Assembly (NCBI GenBank): GCA_963575745.1
Contig: CAUYUJ010000213.1
Span: 1-64,000, forward strand
Direction of reading: 5' to 3'
DNA length: 64,000 bases
From: Prorocentrum cordatum
Taxonomy: Eukaryota
Part shown: positions 11,070-24,326 of the stretch, piece by piece
Position numbering within the stretch: position 1 is the stretch's first letter
How the letters are laid out: every line of letters starts with the position of its first letter
Made by a program: the position numbers and the translations under genes
The notes under the pieces: generated by a model
What the model was told of the DNA's origin: nothing
What the model saw: the letters and a program-made list of their open reading frames with translations, nothing else
The model's database searches: none

Positions 11070-14000
11070 ATGGCGTTGGATATTGATGCTCGGCTTGACA
11101 ATCAGCTTCGTAAGCACGGTGTCGACGACGAGATGCTTGAGTACCTGAGGACACAACTGATGGTAACAATATGCAGATTCGATGGCCTAGCGGACTCGAG
11201 CGCCGATGTCGGCGAGGGCATTTGTACCCCTGCGGGGTTGGATGTGTCCGACAGGCCGCTGTGCCAGCCGGTAAAGGCTGCGTGGCAAGAGGCCGGAACT
11301 CTGGTAATTCGAGAGCCGTAACCACTAAAAGGGGTATGTTCGGCGATTGGGACGACCCAGTGGACCCAGAGGTGCGAGCCAAGAAGACAACCGCGTTTGT
11401 GCACTGCTACCAAATCCGTTTGCCAGCCCACCTCCTCGGAAACGATGCGCTGATGGGGCGGTTGGTGCGCGAGCACGAGCGCAAGGCCCCCGCGGTGCAC
11501 GACCTCAGGAAGGCGCGCGCCCTTGACAACCACGCCGCGCAGTACGAAACCAATGACAACAGCATGTCGGCTCACGCGTTCACCTACAAGCGCCGCGTCC
11601 TCACGAACACGATGGCATGGGCCGCCGCGCCGGAAAGAGGCGTCGGCGGAGTGGCTGGCGTTGCTGGACTACCACGAGTGGGTCGCGCTTCAGGCGTACG
11701 AGAAAAGAAACGGGCGCCTCCCCAGCGCGGAGGCCGTGGGGCGCGCGGACCAACAGACGCGCGCGAAGTGGGGGGACGCCGTACGCAGCGACAACAAGAC
11801 ACTCACGGAGGCCGCGAAAGAATGCAGGGCCGAGTGGGTCTTCCTGTTCGCCGAGCTCCACGCTGACTGGGCCGCCGCTGGCAGCTGGGACGGCGGGGCC
11901 GCCGCGGCAGCTCAAAAGGCCCGCGCAGCCCTCGAGACGGTCGCGGCCGACAGTTCTGGCAAAGAGTTCTGCAAGTTCTACAACGACGGCAAGCGCAAGC
12001 GCGGCAACCGGTGCAAGTTCAAGCGCGCCTACAACGTCGAGGCGTGCGTGGGTGAGCACCCAGCGTGCGATTGAGAGTTCCCCTCGTGACCCCCCGGCAA
12101 TGAGGAGCGGTCGCCCTTGGTAAAGAGGGGCCAGCGGTTCTCGAGTGGATATGCTTCTGCGCCGCGCGCGATGCGTCTGAGAGAGCTGGCGCTGGTGAGC
12201 CGCGGGGTGGGCTTCGGTGGCGCTCGCGACGCCCCGGCAATGGCGCGCGCGGGCCGCGCGATTGCTAGCGGCTCGCAGCCGCGGAACGCCGGCGCGGCCC
12301 TTCTGGCGCCGGAAGGCGTTGGGCCTCGGGGGTTCCTGGAACGTGTGACCATGCACCTGGGAACGCCCGATGCGCGTCCTTGGGCGCCGCGGCAGAGGAA
12401 GCGTGCCGGAGGTGAGCTGCCGATCCAGAGGTGACGAAGAAAACCAGGTTGCAAGCTTGCTCGCTCATTTCAGAATGAGCGAAAAATCTGGAGCCCGAGA
12501 GGGAGGCTTGGGCTGCCGCTCTGCACCCCGACGTGCGCCGGGTTATCGGCCACCTGCGCGGCCCCCTTCTGAAGAGGCTGGTTGGCGCGTCTGGGCACCC
12601 AGACAAGACGCACTTCGAGTCCAAGTGCGCCGGGCGGCCGGGTGCCATCTAGCAGGCTTCTGCAGGGCGGCTGAGTCTGTGGCGTCGGTCGATCTGCAGG
12701 ACCTGGGTCAAGGAGGCTCTCGAGAGGAACCGCCGGATCGTCGCCGGCGTCGGGGGCGCGGGCGACGCCGCCTCGGACCAGGCGGCCCGGTCGAAACGCG
12801 GGGGGGGGATTGCTTCTGGAGTTGTTGAGGGGCCATTCCCTGTCTCGGACGTGGACCTCGCTGACGCGGCTGCGCGCCCCAGTTTTCTGGCGTGGGGGCG
12901 CGGGCCCACGGGCGCCCGGAAAGCGCGCGACATCGAGGGCCCCGCCCAAATCCAGCGGCGCGAGTGCAACCGCCCACGCGACGGAGGCGCACGCGCCAGA
13001 CGATCTGGATGCGGCTTGAGCCGCAGCGCGCTTCTCGAAGGAGCACCGGGGTGGTGGACAGCCCCTCGCTGGCTTCGCATGCGACTGCAGCGGCGCATTC
13101 CTCCGAAGTCCGCTGACCCCAGAGCAGATGCAGTGGGTGTGGTCGGCGACGTGGCACCCCGGGCGGCTCGGGCCGGTTCTCCGGCGCAATTTGGGCCAAG
13201 TGTTTGGGGGCGCTGGGTCAGAATTTGATGCGCTGCGCCAGGGGCCCGGCGGCGATGCGCGCCGTGGCGAGGCATGCCTTCGCCATTCCAACGCGTCACT
13301 ACAGCGACGACTCTTGGTGCGTGGATCGAGCCTGCGCATCATCCTGCGCGCGGTTCTGCGGGGCCTGGCTGCGCGAGCAGTTGGGTGGGGGCTCGATCAT
13401 CAGAAATTGCCCCTGCCAGCCGGCGCGTGGAAGCTGCTCGGGGCAGAACTCATGATTGACATCCCTCGGCTTGTCGCTCGGTTGCCAAATCAGCAAGCAG
13501 CCGCGCTAATTGGCGACGTCGACTATTACCCGCGGAGCGGCTAGCTGCCTGCTGCAGAGGGGCCCCCCTCAGAGGCCGCTCGGAGTGGGCGCGCTCATTT
13601 CTCTTTGGCCGCTACGCTTCCGCAGCGCCGGTGCCGGCGAGGCGTCGGCAGTTCGATGGCGGCGGGGGGGCGGGCTGGCCAGGTTCCACCAGTGCCTCGC
13701 CGCGCTCGTTCCGGCGCGCTCTGCGCGAGCAGTCAGGCCGAAAAGTATTTTTCGACCTCGGATCGTGGCCCGTCGCTGTTACAGTGAGCGACGGGGAAGG
13801 CACGGGGCGAAAGGCAGCAGGCATCTGAGAGCCGCGCGACCCAGACTTCCGGCCAACGCTCACCGACATTGCGGTACCAGAGCCTTGGATGATGCGGTGG
13901 CTTGGGCACGACCGTGTGATCGCCATCCAGGAGATCGAGGCGGTGTGTCCCTGCTATCGTTGGCCACTTGGCCGACGTTATTGCGCAGGTGTGTATGGAT

Positions 14001-14180
14001 TCACTTCATCGACAGCGATTCCGCGAAGTACTCCTGGATCGAGGGTTCGTTGAGAGCCGTTCGCGCGAACGAGATCGTGCACGCTATTTGGGAAGAGTGC
14101 AGGTCCAGATCCATCTATCCGCGATGGGAACGGGTTCCCTTAGCAGATGATCCCGTCGACAGCTTCGCGCGGAGATCTCG
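11070..14180 (+). mobile_element. Decayed DIRS/Ngaro-type retrotransposon (gag-like + RT + RNase H)
   Basis: Gag-like 11070-12074 ends in a degenerate CCCH-type finger (FCKFYNDGKRKRGNRCKFK...EHPA). RT motifs DDLDAA (~13000), QFG..VW (~13190), HYSDD (~13297), LLG (~13435). DIRS-type RNase H: SDGEG, IQEIEA, WIHFIDSDSA, ERVPLADDPVDSFAR (~13785-14170). Many stops and frameshifts; no tyrosine recombinase seen. Confidence 0.8.
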
Positions 14181-15291
14181 TCGACCTCCGGCGAGCAGCG
14201 GTGGGTCGTCGTGGACCCTGCGTTGCCGGACATCTGGAGGCGGGACGCAGGCCAGAGTTCAGTTTGGGCATATCGCGAAGGTGACTGTCCCAACGAGAGC
14301 CTTGAGACAAAAGAAAGGGCGACAGATGGGACCCCAAACAGGGTCCACGTAAGTGCAAGCGCTCTTTGGGGAATCACAGTGCTCCGTGGACCCCAGACTG
14401 TGTCTGCGCGGCGTAGGGCAAACGCTGTTTGGGAGCCGGCGGTGCGACGGTCGTCGTCGTCGTCGTCGTCCCCCCCTTCCTCCTCCTCCTCCTCCTCCTT
14501 TTCCTCCTCCTCCTCCTCCTTTTCCTCCTCCTCCTCCTCCTCCTCCTCCTCCTCCTCCTCCTCCTCCTCCTCTGCGCGCCCCCATCCGCCCTTTCGTTTT
14601 CCTCGGTCGTAGACAGAAAGGAAGCAGCGGGGAAGGGGGTGCGCGGACGATGAGATTTGTTTGTTAATTCCCACACGTGTTTTCGATGTATTGTTATCAG
14701 AGTGAGGAGGCCGAGCGGTCGTCCAGTGTCCCTGGGTGCGTGGTTGAAACGGGATCCTGCGGTGCGGATTGTTGTTGTTTTGCGTTGCGTTGCGTTGCGC
14801 TACGTTGCGTTACGTTGCCTTGTTGTCGTTGTCGCCCCACTCGCGTCCCAGCCCGCGACCCGCGCGCGACCCGCCCGCGACCCACCCGCGATCCACCCGC
14901 AACCCGCTCCGCGATACACCTGCGACCCACCCGCGAACCACCCCGCGACCCATCCGCGACTTGCCCGCGACACATCACACGCGACCCAACTCGCGCCCGC
15001 CGCTTCACTTTTCTCTGCAGCTGGGTGCTACAGTAGTTCGTCATTTTTCGGGCTCCTCCCCCTGCCCCATCGCGCTCCCTCGGGCCCCCCCTGCGGGGCG
15101 AGGACTCTGCGGGATGCCCAGGGCCTGGGGGGCGGGCAGGTGCCGTTCATGCGCCACTCGCAGTGGGCGCCGGACTCCGTGCCCCAGGACGAGGATTGGC
15201 GGCGCGCGCCGACAGCAGCGACAGCTGCGACGCTGATCGTGACCACCATAGCGACGACGAGGACCATGACGAAAACGAGGACGAAAACGAA

Positions 15292-15872
<581 letters not shown>

Positions 15873-16854
15873 CTTCGGAGGTGTGTTTGGCGTTGGCTGC
15901 ACGCGGTCCGAAAATGTCCACATAAAGGGCGCCTGGAAGCGTTCCGGAGCCGGCGCTGGGCGGAGCCTGGCCGGGGGGCGGGGCGAGGGTGTGGGGTCTC
16001 GGGCAGGCGGGGGGCTGCTCCGCAGGCCTCCCGCCTTCGAAGTGGCCTCCGATCCCTTTCTGATGTGCTCCTGGCCGTCCTGGAAGGCCGCCCCTTTCGC
16101 CCGCCCCCCCCGCTCCCCCCGTCCTCCTCCTCCTCCTCCTCCTCCTCCTCCTCCTCGTCGTTTTCATCTTTCTCCTTCTCTTTTTCCCCCTCCTCCTCCT
16201 CCTCCTATTCCTGTGGCTAGGTGTGCAAACGCCACATCAGGGCCCATCAGCGCACTGGTGCGTGTGTGCGTGCGTGCGTTGCCCAGCACGCGTGTCAGGC
16301 ACCCCGCCTCAGAGGGGAATGAACGCTGCACACTTTCTCTACGGCACAGGGCTGTACTCTGCCTGCGCCCGCAGCAGGTTTTCGTTCTGGGGTCTGGGTT
16401 CGTCCTGGCTGGCGGCGCTGGTTACGCAGCAGGCCTGGAACCCGAGCTTTGGGGTTCCGTAAGCCAGGCGATGCCGAATCTCCCCTTTTCATTGTGACCT
16501 TGTTGTACGGCTGTGGAGCGCCTGGTGGCGCCCTCCACGGTGACAGTGGCACAGGGGGTGCCGCCCGTGGGTTGTTTGGGCACGGGGGTGGATTCGGGTT
16601 GCCAGTCCGCCTCGACCGTGGCTCAGCCCCCCCCCCCCGCCCGCGATCGTGGGCGCAGGAGGTAAGGTGTCGCTGAGGCTAGGTGCGCAACGCCACATCA
16701 GGGCCCAACACCTCGTTCAGCGTCGGCAGCGTATTGCCGTCTCAGCGGCCCCACCCATCGGCCGCTGTGGAGAACATTTGTGGCCCAGTGCCACGAGGTT
16801 TCGGGTTAGGGTCGGGTCGGCCAACCCTTAGCCTCTCTCTTAGCCAAGTGATGG

Positions 16855-18030
16855 TCCTTCTCCTTTTCCTCCTCCTCCTCCTCCTCCTCTTCCTCCTCCT
16901 CCTCCTCCTAACCTCAGGAGGTATTCCCCCCTCGTTCTCCTCGTCCTCGTCCTCGTCCTCCTCCTCCTCCTCCTCCTCCTCCTCCTCCTCGTCCTCCTCT
17001 TCTTCGTCCTCGTCGTTGTCCTCCTCCTCCCTCCTCCTCCTCCTCCTCCTCCTCCTCCTTCGACTCCTCCTCCTCCGCCTCCTGCTCCTGCTCTCCTCCT
17101 CCTCCTCCTCCTCCTCCCCTCCTGCTCCTCCTCCTCCGCCCCCCGTCTTCCTCCTTCTCTCGTCCTGCCTCCTCCGCCCTCCTGCTCCTCCTCCTCCTCC
17201 TCTTCCTCGTCTCCTCCTCCTCCCCCTCGTGCTCCTACTCCTCCTCCTCCTCCTCCTCCTCCGCCTCCTCCTCCTCCTCCTCCTCCTCCTCCTCCGTTCC
17301 ACCTCCTTCTCTTTCTCCTCCTCCTTTTCCTCCCCCTCCTCCTCCGTTTCCTCTCCTTATCTTCCTCCTCCTCCTCCTCCTCGTCCTCGTCTTCGTCCTC
17401 CTCCTCTTCCTCCTCCTCCTCCTCCTCCTTCTCCTACTCCTTCCTCCTCTAACCTCAGGAGGTATCCCCCCCTCGTTCTCCTCGTCCTCGTCCTCGTCCT
17501 CCTCCTCCTCGTCCTCCTCTTCTTCGTCCTCGTCGTTGTCCTCCTCCCTCCTCCTCCTCCTCCTCCTCCTCCCTCCTCCTCCTCCTCCTTCGACCCTCTC
17601 CTCCGCCTCCTGCTCCTGCTCCTCCTCCTCCCTCCTCTCCTCCTCCTCCTCTCCTCTCCTCCCTCCTCCTCCTCCTCCTCCTCCTCCTCCTCTCCTCCTC
17701 CTCCTCCTCGCCCCCCCCGTCTTCCTCCTCCTCCTTCTCGTCCTGCTCCTCCTCCGCTCCCTCCTCCTCCTCCTCCTCCTCTCCTCCTCCTCCTCCTCCT
17801 CCCCCTCGTGCTCCTACTCCTCCTCTCCTCCTCCTCCTCCTCCTCCTCCTCCTCCTCCTCCTCCTCCTCCTCCTCTGTTTCCACCTCCTTCTCTTTCTCA
17901 TCCTCCTTCTCCCCCTCCTCCTCCGTTTCCTCTTCCTTATCTTCCTCCTCCTCGTCCTCGTCTTCGTCCTCCTCCTCCTCCTCCTCCTCCGTCTTCTCCT
18001 CCTCCTCATCTTCCTCCTTTTCCTCCTCTC
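16855..18030. repeat. CCT-rich low-complexity block made of two ~540-bp tandem copies
   Basis: Anchor CTAACCTCAGGAGGTAT(T/C)CCCCCCTCGTTCTCC at ~16908 and ~17449, followed by parallel interruptions. Confidence 0.85.
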
Positions 18031-18148
18031 CCACTTTCCTCGTGCGCGCCCCGCCCGCCCACTGCCTTTTTTCACCCCTCGAGGCGAGCGTGAGGTCCAG
18101 GAAAAATGGGCGGATGGTGGTGACGCGCTGGAGCAGGCGCGCAGTGCA

Positions 18149-18305
18149 TCAGGAGGGAAAACAACCACAGACACGAGCGATTGTCGATTCCCCCCCCCGA
18201 AAAGTGAACATGCGAAGAGGGGGAATACGAAGCTTAGAACATGTGTGGAAACATCGGGAATCATTCGATGTTTGTGCATTTGTTTGTGTGTCCCTGCCCC
18301 CTTGG
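18149..18305. mobile_element. MITE family B, TSD GTGCA
   Basis: Homologous to 3213-3375. GTGCA at 18144-18148 and 18306-18310. Confidence 0.8.
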
Positions 18306-19464
18306 GTGCAGGATGCCCCAGCAGCCCCCTGCAGAACTGAAGCCCTCGGACCGTTGGAGACCTCCAGATTCCTCGGGTTTGCCCGCGAGCCCTGCCAGAG
18401 GCAAGGCCCAAGAGGATCAGAGTAGTGCGATGCCCTGTCTCGCTCACGCGCCAATTGGCGCATGGCTTCTCGACTTGGCTTTGGGGTGCAGTAGGTGCAC
18501 AGGGGGCGATGGGGCAGATTGGCCGGACAGATGGGCGCGGGCAGGGAGGGCGGTGGCAAGACAGGACGAGCGGGGGACACGAGGAGGGTGCCAGGGCCGC
18601 TGGGCAGGGCAGATGGGGGCCCGCCTCTTCCGAGAGAATCACAACCCTTGCGGAAGTTGATTAATGGAGAGGAAGCATGCTGCCAGATAATTTCCAGATG
18701 TGTAAAAGATGGTTCGAATATATTATACATCTCTTAAGAACATGTTATACACATCTTAAACACATCTCTAATTCAATGATCGGATTGTTAGAATGCCCAT
18801 TGTCATGGCATCCACAACACAACCCATCAGACCACCCCAATCCAACCCGAAGGCCCTAATTCGCCCTCCGTGCCCCGTGGGGGAAAGAGGGCGTCGGGTA
18901 ACATTGAACAAGTACACGTGGAACACGTGCCCCCCCCAAACCCGAAATTTGGTCCTTCGGGTCAGGTTGGGGTGGTCTGGGAAGTAGCCAGGCCTGGCGA
19001 GGGAGTTAGGGGAGGGAGAAGGTTCCTGGAGCCGTCCTGGTGTTCTTCTGCTGGAGACCGTCATTTACCCCAAAGCTTGAGATTTGGGCCTTCGGGTTGG
19101 GTTGGGGTGGCTTGGTAGGCAGGCAGAGAAGGGAGAGGCGAGTCCAAAGGCACGAGGCCCCCCCCTTCCAAAAAAACCGTGGCGCGGAGAGGCCCGGCGC
19201 GCGGCGGGGCGCTTTCGCTGCCAAGATGCTACTGCCGATCTGCTTCAGAAGCATTCCCCCTTCCCCTACACCCTTGTCGCGTCGCCGGCCCCCTTAGTGG
19301 GCAGGGACACGATCGTTATCATTTACGTCGGGTAGCGGTCATCGCAGTGGCGGTGGTGGCAGATCTGAAGGGAGGTGGTGATAGTCGGAGTTCACCATCG
19401 TAGTGGTAGTGATCGCGGGCGCGGAGGTGGATGAGGACTGTCCAGGATTTTGGTGGCGGCATTT

Positions 19465-19512
<48 letters not shown>

Positions 19513-19552
19513 CTAGTAGTAGTAGTAGTACTAGTAGTAGTAGTCAGTAAAA

Positions 19553-19619
<67 letters not shown>

Positions 19620-19884
19620 AGAGGAGTAGTAAGTAGTAGTGTAGTGTGTAGTAAGTAGTAGTAGTATTAGTAGTAGTAGTAGAGTAGTAGTATGTAAGTA
19701 ATAGTAGTAAGTAAGTAGTAGTATAGTTTAAGTATTAGTAGTAGCAGTAGCATTAGCAAGTAGCAGTAGCAGTAGCAGTATAGTAGTAGTAGTAAGTCGT
19801 AATTAGTAGTAGTCGTCGTATAGTAGTATAGTAGTAGTAGTAAGTAGTAGCAAGTAGTAGTCCGTAGTAGTAGTATAGTAGTAG

Positions 19885-19917
<33 letters not shown>

Positions 19918-19983
19918 AGTCGTAAAGTGTAGTAGTAGTAGTAGTAGTCGTAGTAGTAGTATAGTGAGTTAGTATAATAGTAG

Positions 19984-20037
<54 letters not shown>

Positions 20038-20673
20038 ATACTAGTCGTAGTAGTAGTAGTCGTAGTAGTCGTAGTAGGCGTAGTAGTCGTAGTAGTCGTA
20101 GTAGTCGTAGCAGTAGCAGTAGCAGTAGCAGTAGCAGTAGCAGTAGCAGTAGCAGTAGCAGTAGAAGTAGCAGTAGCAGTAGCAGTAGCAGTAGCAGTAG
20201 CAGTCGCAGTCGCAGTCGCAGTCGCAGTAGCAGTAGCATTAAAGCACAGTAGCAGTACAGTAGCATAGCCAGTAGGCATTCGCAGTAGCAGTAGCAGGTA
20301 GCAGTGTAGTAGTATTAGTAGTTCAGTAGTAGCAGTAGGTAGTAGTAGTAGTAGTAGAAGAAGTAGTAAGTATTAGTAGTAGTCGTAGTAGTAGTAGTAG
20401 TCAGTAGTAAGTCGTAGTAGTAAGTAGTAGTGATACTAGTAGTAGTAGTATATATTCGTAGTAGTCGTAGTAGCGTAGTAGTCCGTAGTAGTCGTAGTAG
20501 TCGTAGCAGTACAGTAGCAGTACAGGAGCTAAGCATTAGCAGTAGCCTGTGCAGTTAGCATACAGTAGCAGTAGCAGTAAGGCAGTAGTAGTAGCAGTAG
20601 CAGTACAGTAGCAGTAGCAGTAGCAGTAGCAGTAGCAGTAGTCAGTAGCAGTAGCAGTAGCAGTAGCAGTAGC

Positions 20674-20710
<37 letters not shown>

Positions 20711-20764
20711 ATAGTAGTAGTAGTAGTAGTAGTACCAGTAGTAGTAGTTGCAGTAGTAGTAGTA

Positions 20765-20795
<31 letters not shown>

Positions 20796-20800
20796 CAGTT

Positions 20801-20851
<51 letters not shown>

Positions 20852-20858
20852 GTAGTAG

Positions 20859-20890
<32 letters not shown>

Positions 20891-20975
20891 GCAGTAGTAG
20901 TAGTAGTAGTAATAGTAGTAGTAGTAGTAGTAAGTAGTAGTAGTAGGAAAAGTATGAGTAGTAGTAGTAGCAGTA

Positions 20976-21033
<58 letters not shown>

Positions 21034-21050
21034 AAGTAGTAGTAGTAGTC

Positions 21051-21086
<36 letters not shown>

Positions 21087-21126
21087 TGTGTAGTAGTAGT
21101 AATAGTTGTAGTAGTAGCAGTAGTAA

Positions 21127-21164
<38 letters not shown>

Positions 21165-21200
21165 ATACTAGTCGTAGTAGTAGTAGTCGCAGTCGTAGTC

Positions 21201-21257
<57 letters not shown>

Positions 21258-21258
21258 A

Positions 21259-21295
<37 letters not shown>

Positions 21296-21367
21296 CGTAG
21301 TAGTAGTAGTAGTGGTAGTGGTAGTAGTAGTAGTTGTAGTAGTAGTAGTTGTTGTTGTTGTTGTTGT
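19465..21367. repeat. (TAG)n/(TAGCAG)n microsatellite with embedded poly-A (~19548-19616)
   Basis: Direct reading. Confidence 0.95.
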
Positions 21368-24131
21368 AGAAACCTGGTGGCCAGGTGGGTCTCCCGTGCA
21401 CTGGCCCAGGGTGCTGAGCAGTGTCTCAGCGGTGCGAGTTTGCCGGTGTCGGTTGATCTGCGTCGTCCCCAGAACCTCTGCCCGTTCAGCGACGATGTGC
21501 CCATGGCCGTACGACCGGATGAACTCGATTGCCCTGCCGGACGGGTGGTTTCCCGACTCGAACACTAACATGTTGCGATGCTCGCTGCTGCGAACCCGTC
21601 GTTGTCGGATCGAGCAACCCTGTGAGGGCCGTGGGCGCTGTACTCGCAGGTTGTGTTCCAATGCATGTGCGCAGGCTGGCCTGTTCTGGGGTATCTTGTG
21701 CTGGCGTCCCACTACGTCTCTTCCACTACACCCGTCCGTGGGTTTGTCCTGTCCAATGCTGGAACCCTCTGTGCTCCTTTGCAGGGGCGCGTGACAGTCA
21801 CTGGCGACCTGTGCGGAACTCTCCGGCTGTGCAGCAGCAAGCGTGCTTTACGTGGCGGTTCAGTGTTTAGTTGCAAGGGAGCCGTGTGTTTTCACCTTCG
21901 TGCTGGCAGCGAGCTCCTGGAGGGCAAAATGCCACTCCCCCTTCCTCCCGTGTCTCCTTCATATCGGCTCCTGGACCGACGTTTATTTCGGTGGCGGTGC
22001 CACGGGGGAAGCAGAAAGCAGAGCTTTCCTCCTAATCTTCATTATTTTGGGCTTGTTTTTTCGTAACAGTCATTACCGCGGGGCGAGGTGGCTGGTGACG
22101 TCACGATTCGCGCTGGCGCTGTCTAATTTCTAGACGGCGCCGGCGCGAACCGTGACGTTACCAGGTGGGGAAGGGGGAGTGGGGGCCCCCTCCCTTTGTA
22201 ACGGCCGCCCTCCTTCCCCACTCTCCATGCCCTCTAACCCCCTGCCTCATCCCCCCTCCTCCTCCTCCTCCCCGCCATCCTCCCCTCGCCGCGGCGACGC
22301 CACTGACATTGCCACGATCGCGACGCCGGCGTCGGTGGCGGCGCCGGCGCCAGCGGCGACTTCGACGGCGAGGCTGATGGTCGACGGCGGCGGCCGCGCA
22401 GCGGCCGCTGCGCCTCAGGAGGGAGAGAAACGCACAGACAGAATTGATCGTCGACTCCCAGGCAGACATGGGAAAATATGGGACTTTCGGCGAGGACCAT
22501 CGAGGAGCATCCTTGATCATTTCGGGAGAAAAACACGCACGGAAGCGAACGAAAACACAGGGAATGGACGTCCGAGCGATGGCCAGTGGAAATGGGGGGG
22601 AAGACGAAGACCCAGAAAATACAAGAACGTGTGGGGAATCCTGTTGTCTGTGTCTATTTCTTGGTGTGTCCCTGGGCCCCTTCAGTCAGGAGGGAAAAAT
22701 CACACAGACACAATTAATCGTCGATCCCCAGGAAAACATAGGAAAATATGGGAGGTGGGGGGAAGACGAAAACCCAGAAAATACAGGAACGTGTGGGGAA
22801 TCCTGTTGTCTGTGTCTCTTTCTTGGTGTGTCCCTGGGCCCCTTCGGAGGCCGCCCTTCGCGCCACGGCTCCCCGCCCGGCAGGCCGCCACCAACGGCAG
22901 CGCCGCGGCCGCAAGGCGACTCCCCGCGCAGCCGCGCGCGCGCCGCCGCGCGCGCCCGGGGCGTTGGCTGCCGCTGCTGAGCCTCCTCCTCCTCCTCCTC
23001 CTCCTCCTCCTCTTCCTCCTCCTCCTCCTCCTCAAGGGGCCCTTGGCATCGCTCGGACGTGTGCATGCTTACTTCGGCGAGGACCATGGAGGAGCATCCT
23101 CGATCATTTGGCGAAAAAGCCACGCACTAAACCGAAAAAAAACAGGGAATAGACGTCCGCACGATGGCGAGCCAGGGGCTCTTGGCATCGCTCGGACGTG
23201 TGCATGTTTCTTTCGGCCATCGAGGAGCATCCTTGATCACCGAGCCGGAAAAAAAAATCACGCACGAAACCGACAATATGCACGGGGAGTGGACGCCCGG
23301 GGGGGGATATCATGGCGGGGGGCATGATGTTTCCTCAGATTTCATGGCGCCGCTTCTTATTTCATTACGTCCCTGGCCCCCCCGCTGGGCCGCGCACATG
23401 CCGCCGGTCATGATTTGCACCCCCCCCTCTTGGACACCCCCCTCTTGGCCGCTCCCGACTCTCGGCGAGGACCATCGAGGAGCATCCTTGATCCCCGAGC
23501 CGGAAAAAAAACACGCACGAAACCTACAATATGCACGGGGAGTGGACGTCCGACCGATGGCAAGGGCCTGCAGCGGGCCGCGCAGGAGGGGGGCTCTGTT
23601 CGGCGGCGAGCCGGGGGGGGTGAGCGAGGAGGGGCGAGCCTTGTGTCGGGTCTGTCCCCCTACAAGGGGATTTTCGACGAAAAATAAATCATACCCCAAA
23701 CATGCCCCAAAAAGGCTAAAACATAGTCAACAAATAGTCCCCAGGGCGGCGGCGGCAGGCCGCGGCACAGCCCTGCCCGGCGGCGGCGGAGTCAGGGCGC
23801 GGCCGCCTGTCGCTCCCGCTGCCAGGCGGCGGCGGCGGCGGGCCGCGGCGCGGCCCTGCCCAGCGGCGGCGGGGTCAGCGCGCGGCCGCCTGGCGCTCCC
23901 CAGAGCCCCGCGGCCCCGCGCGGCTGCCGGGCGGCGGCGGCGAACCGCGGCGCGGCCCTGCCCGGTGGCGGCGGCGGCCACGGCGCGGCCCCCGCCGGGG
24001 CATGCCCACTCGGGCGCAGAAGAGTGCGAATGCGACGCACTGGACGGTGCAGTCCGCGGACCCGCGCGTCCTGAAGAACGTGGCTGCAAGGTTCGGGGTG
24101 GACGAAGAGGGGGCGCCTCGGCAAAGGGGCG

Positions 24132-24326
24132 CGGTAGGTTCGCGTCGTGTCGGCCGTCGGCAACCCCGCCGTGGGCTCTCAAGGTTGAAGGCTGAACGCC
24201 GCCAGTGACCCAGAATCGCCCCGTGTTGAACGATCCGCCGTTTCGGGAACGGCCGACCGTTCAAAGTTGAACGATCCCCGCGGTGTCAGGAACCAGCGCC
24301 GGGGTCGACGCGACGCGAACCTATCG
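24132..24326. mobile_element. TIR element (GGTAGGTTCGCGTCG...CGACGCGAACCTATC); second copy ~45953-46141
   Basis: Inverted ends and colinear similarity of the two copies (GACCCAGAA...GATCCCCGCGG.GTCAGGA). Confidence 0.75.
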
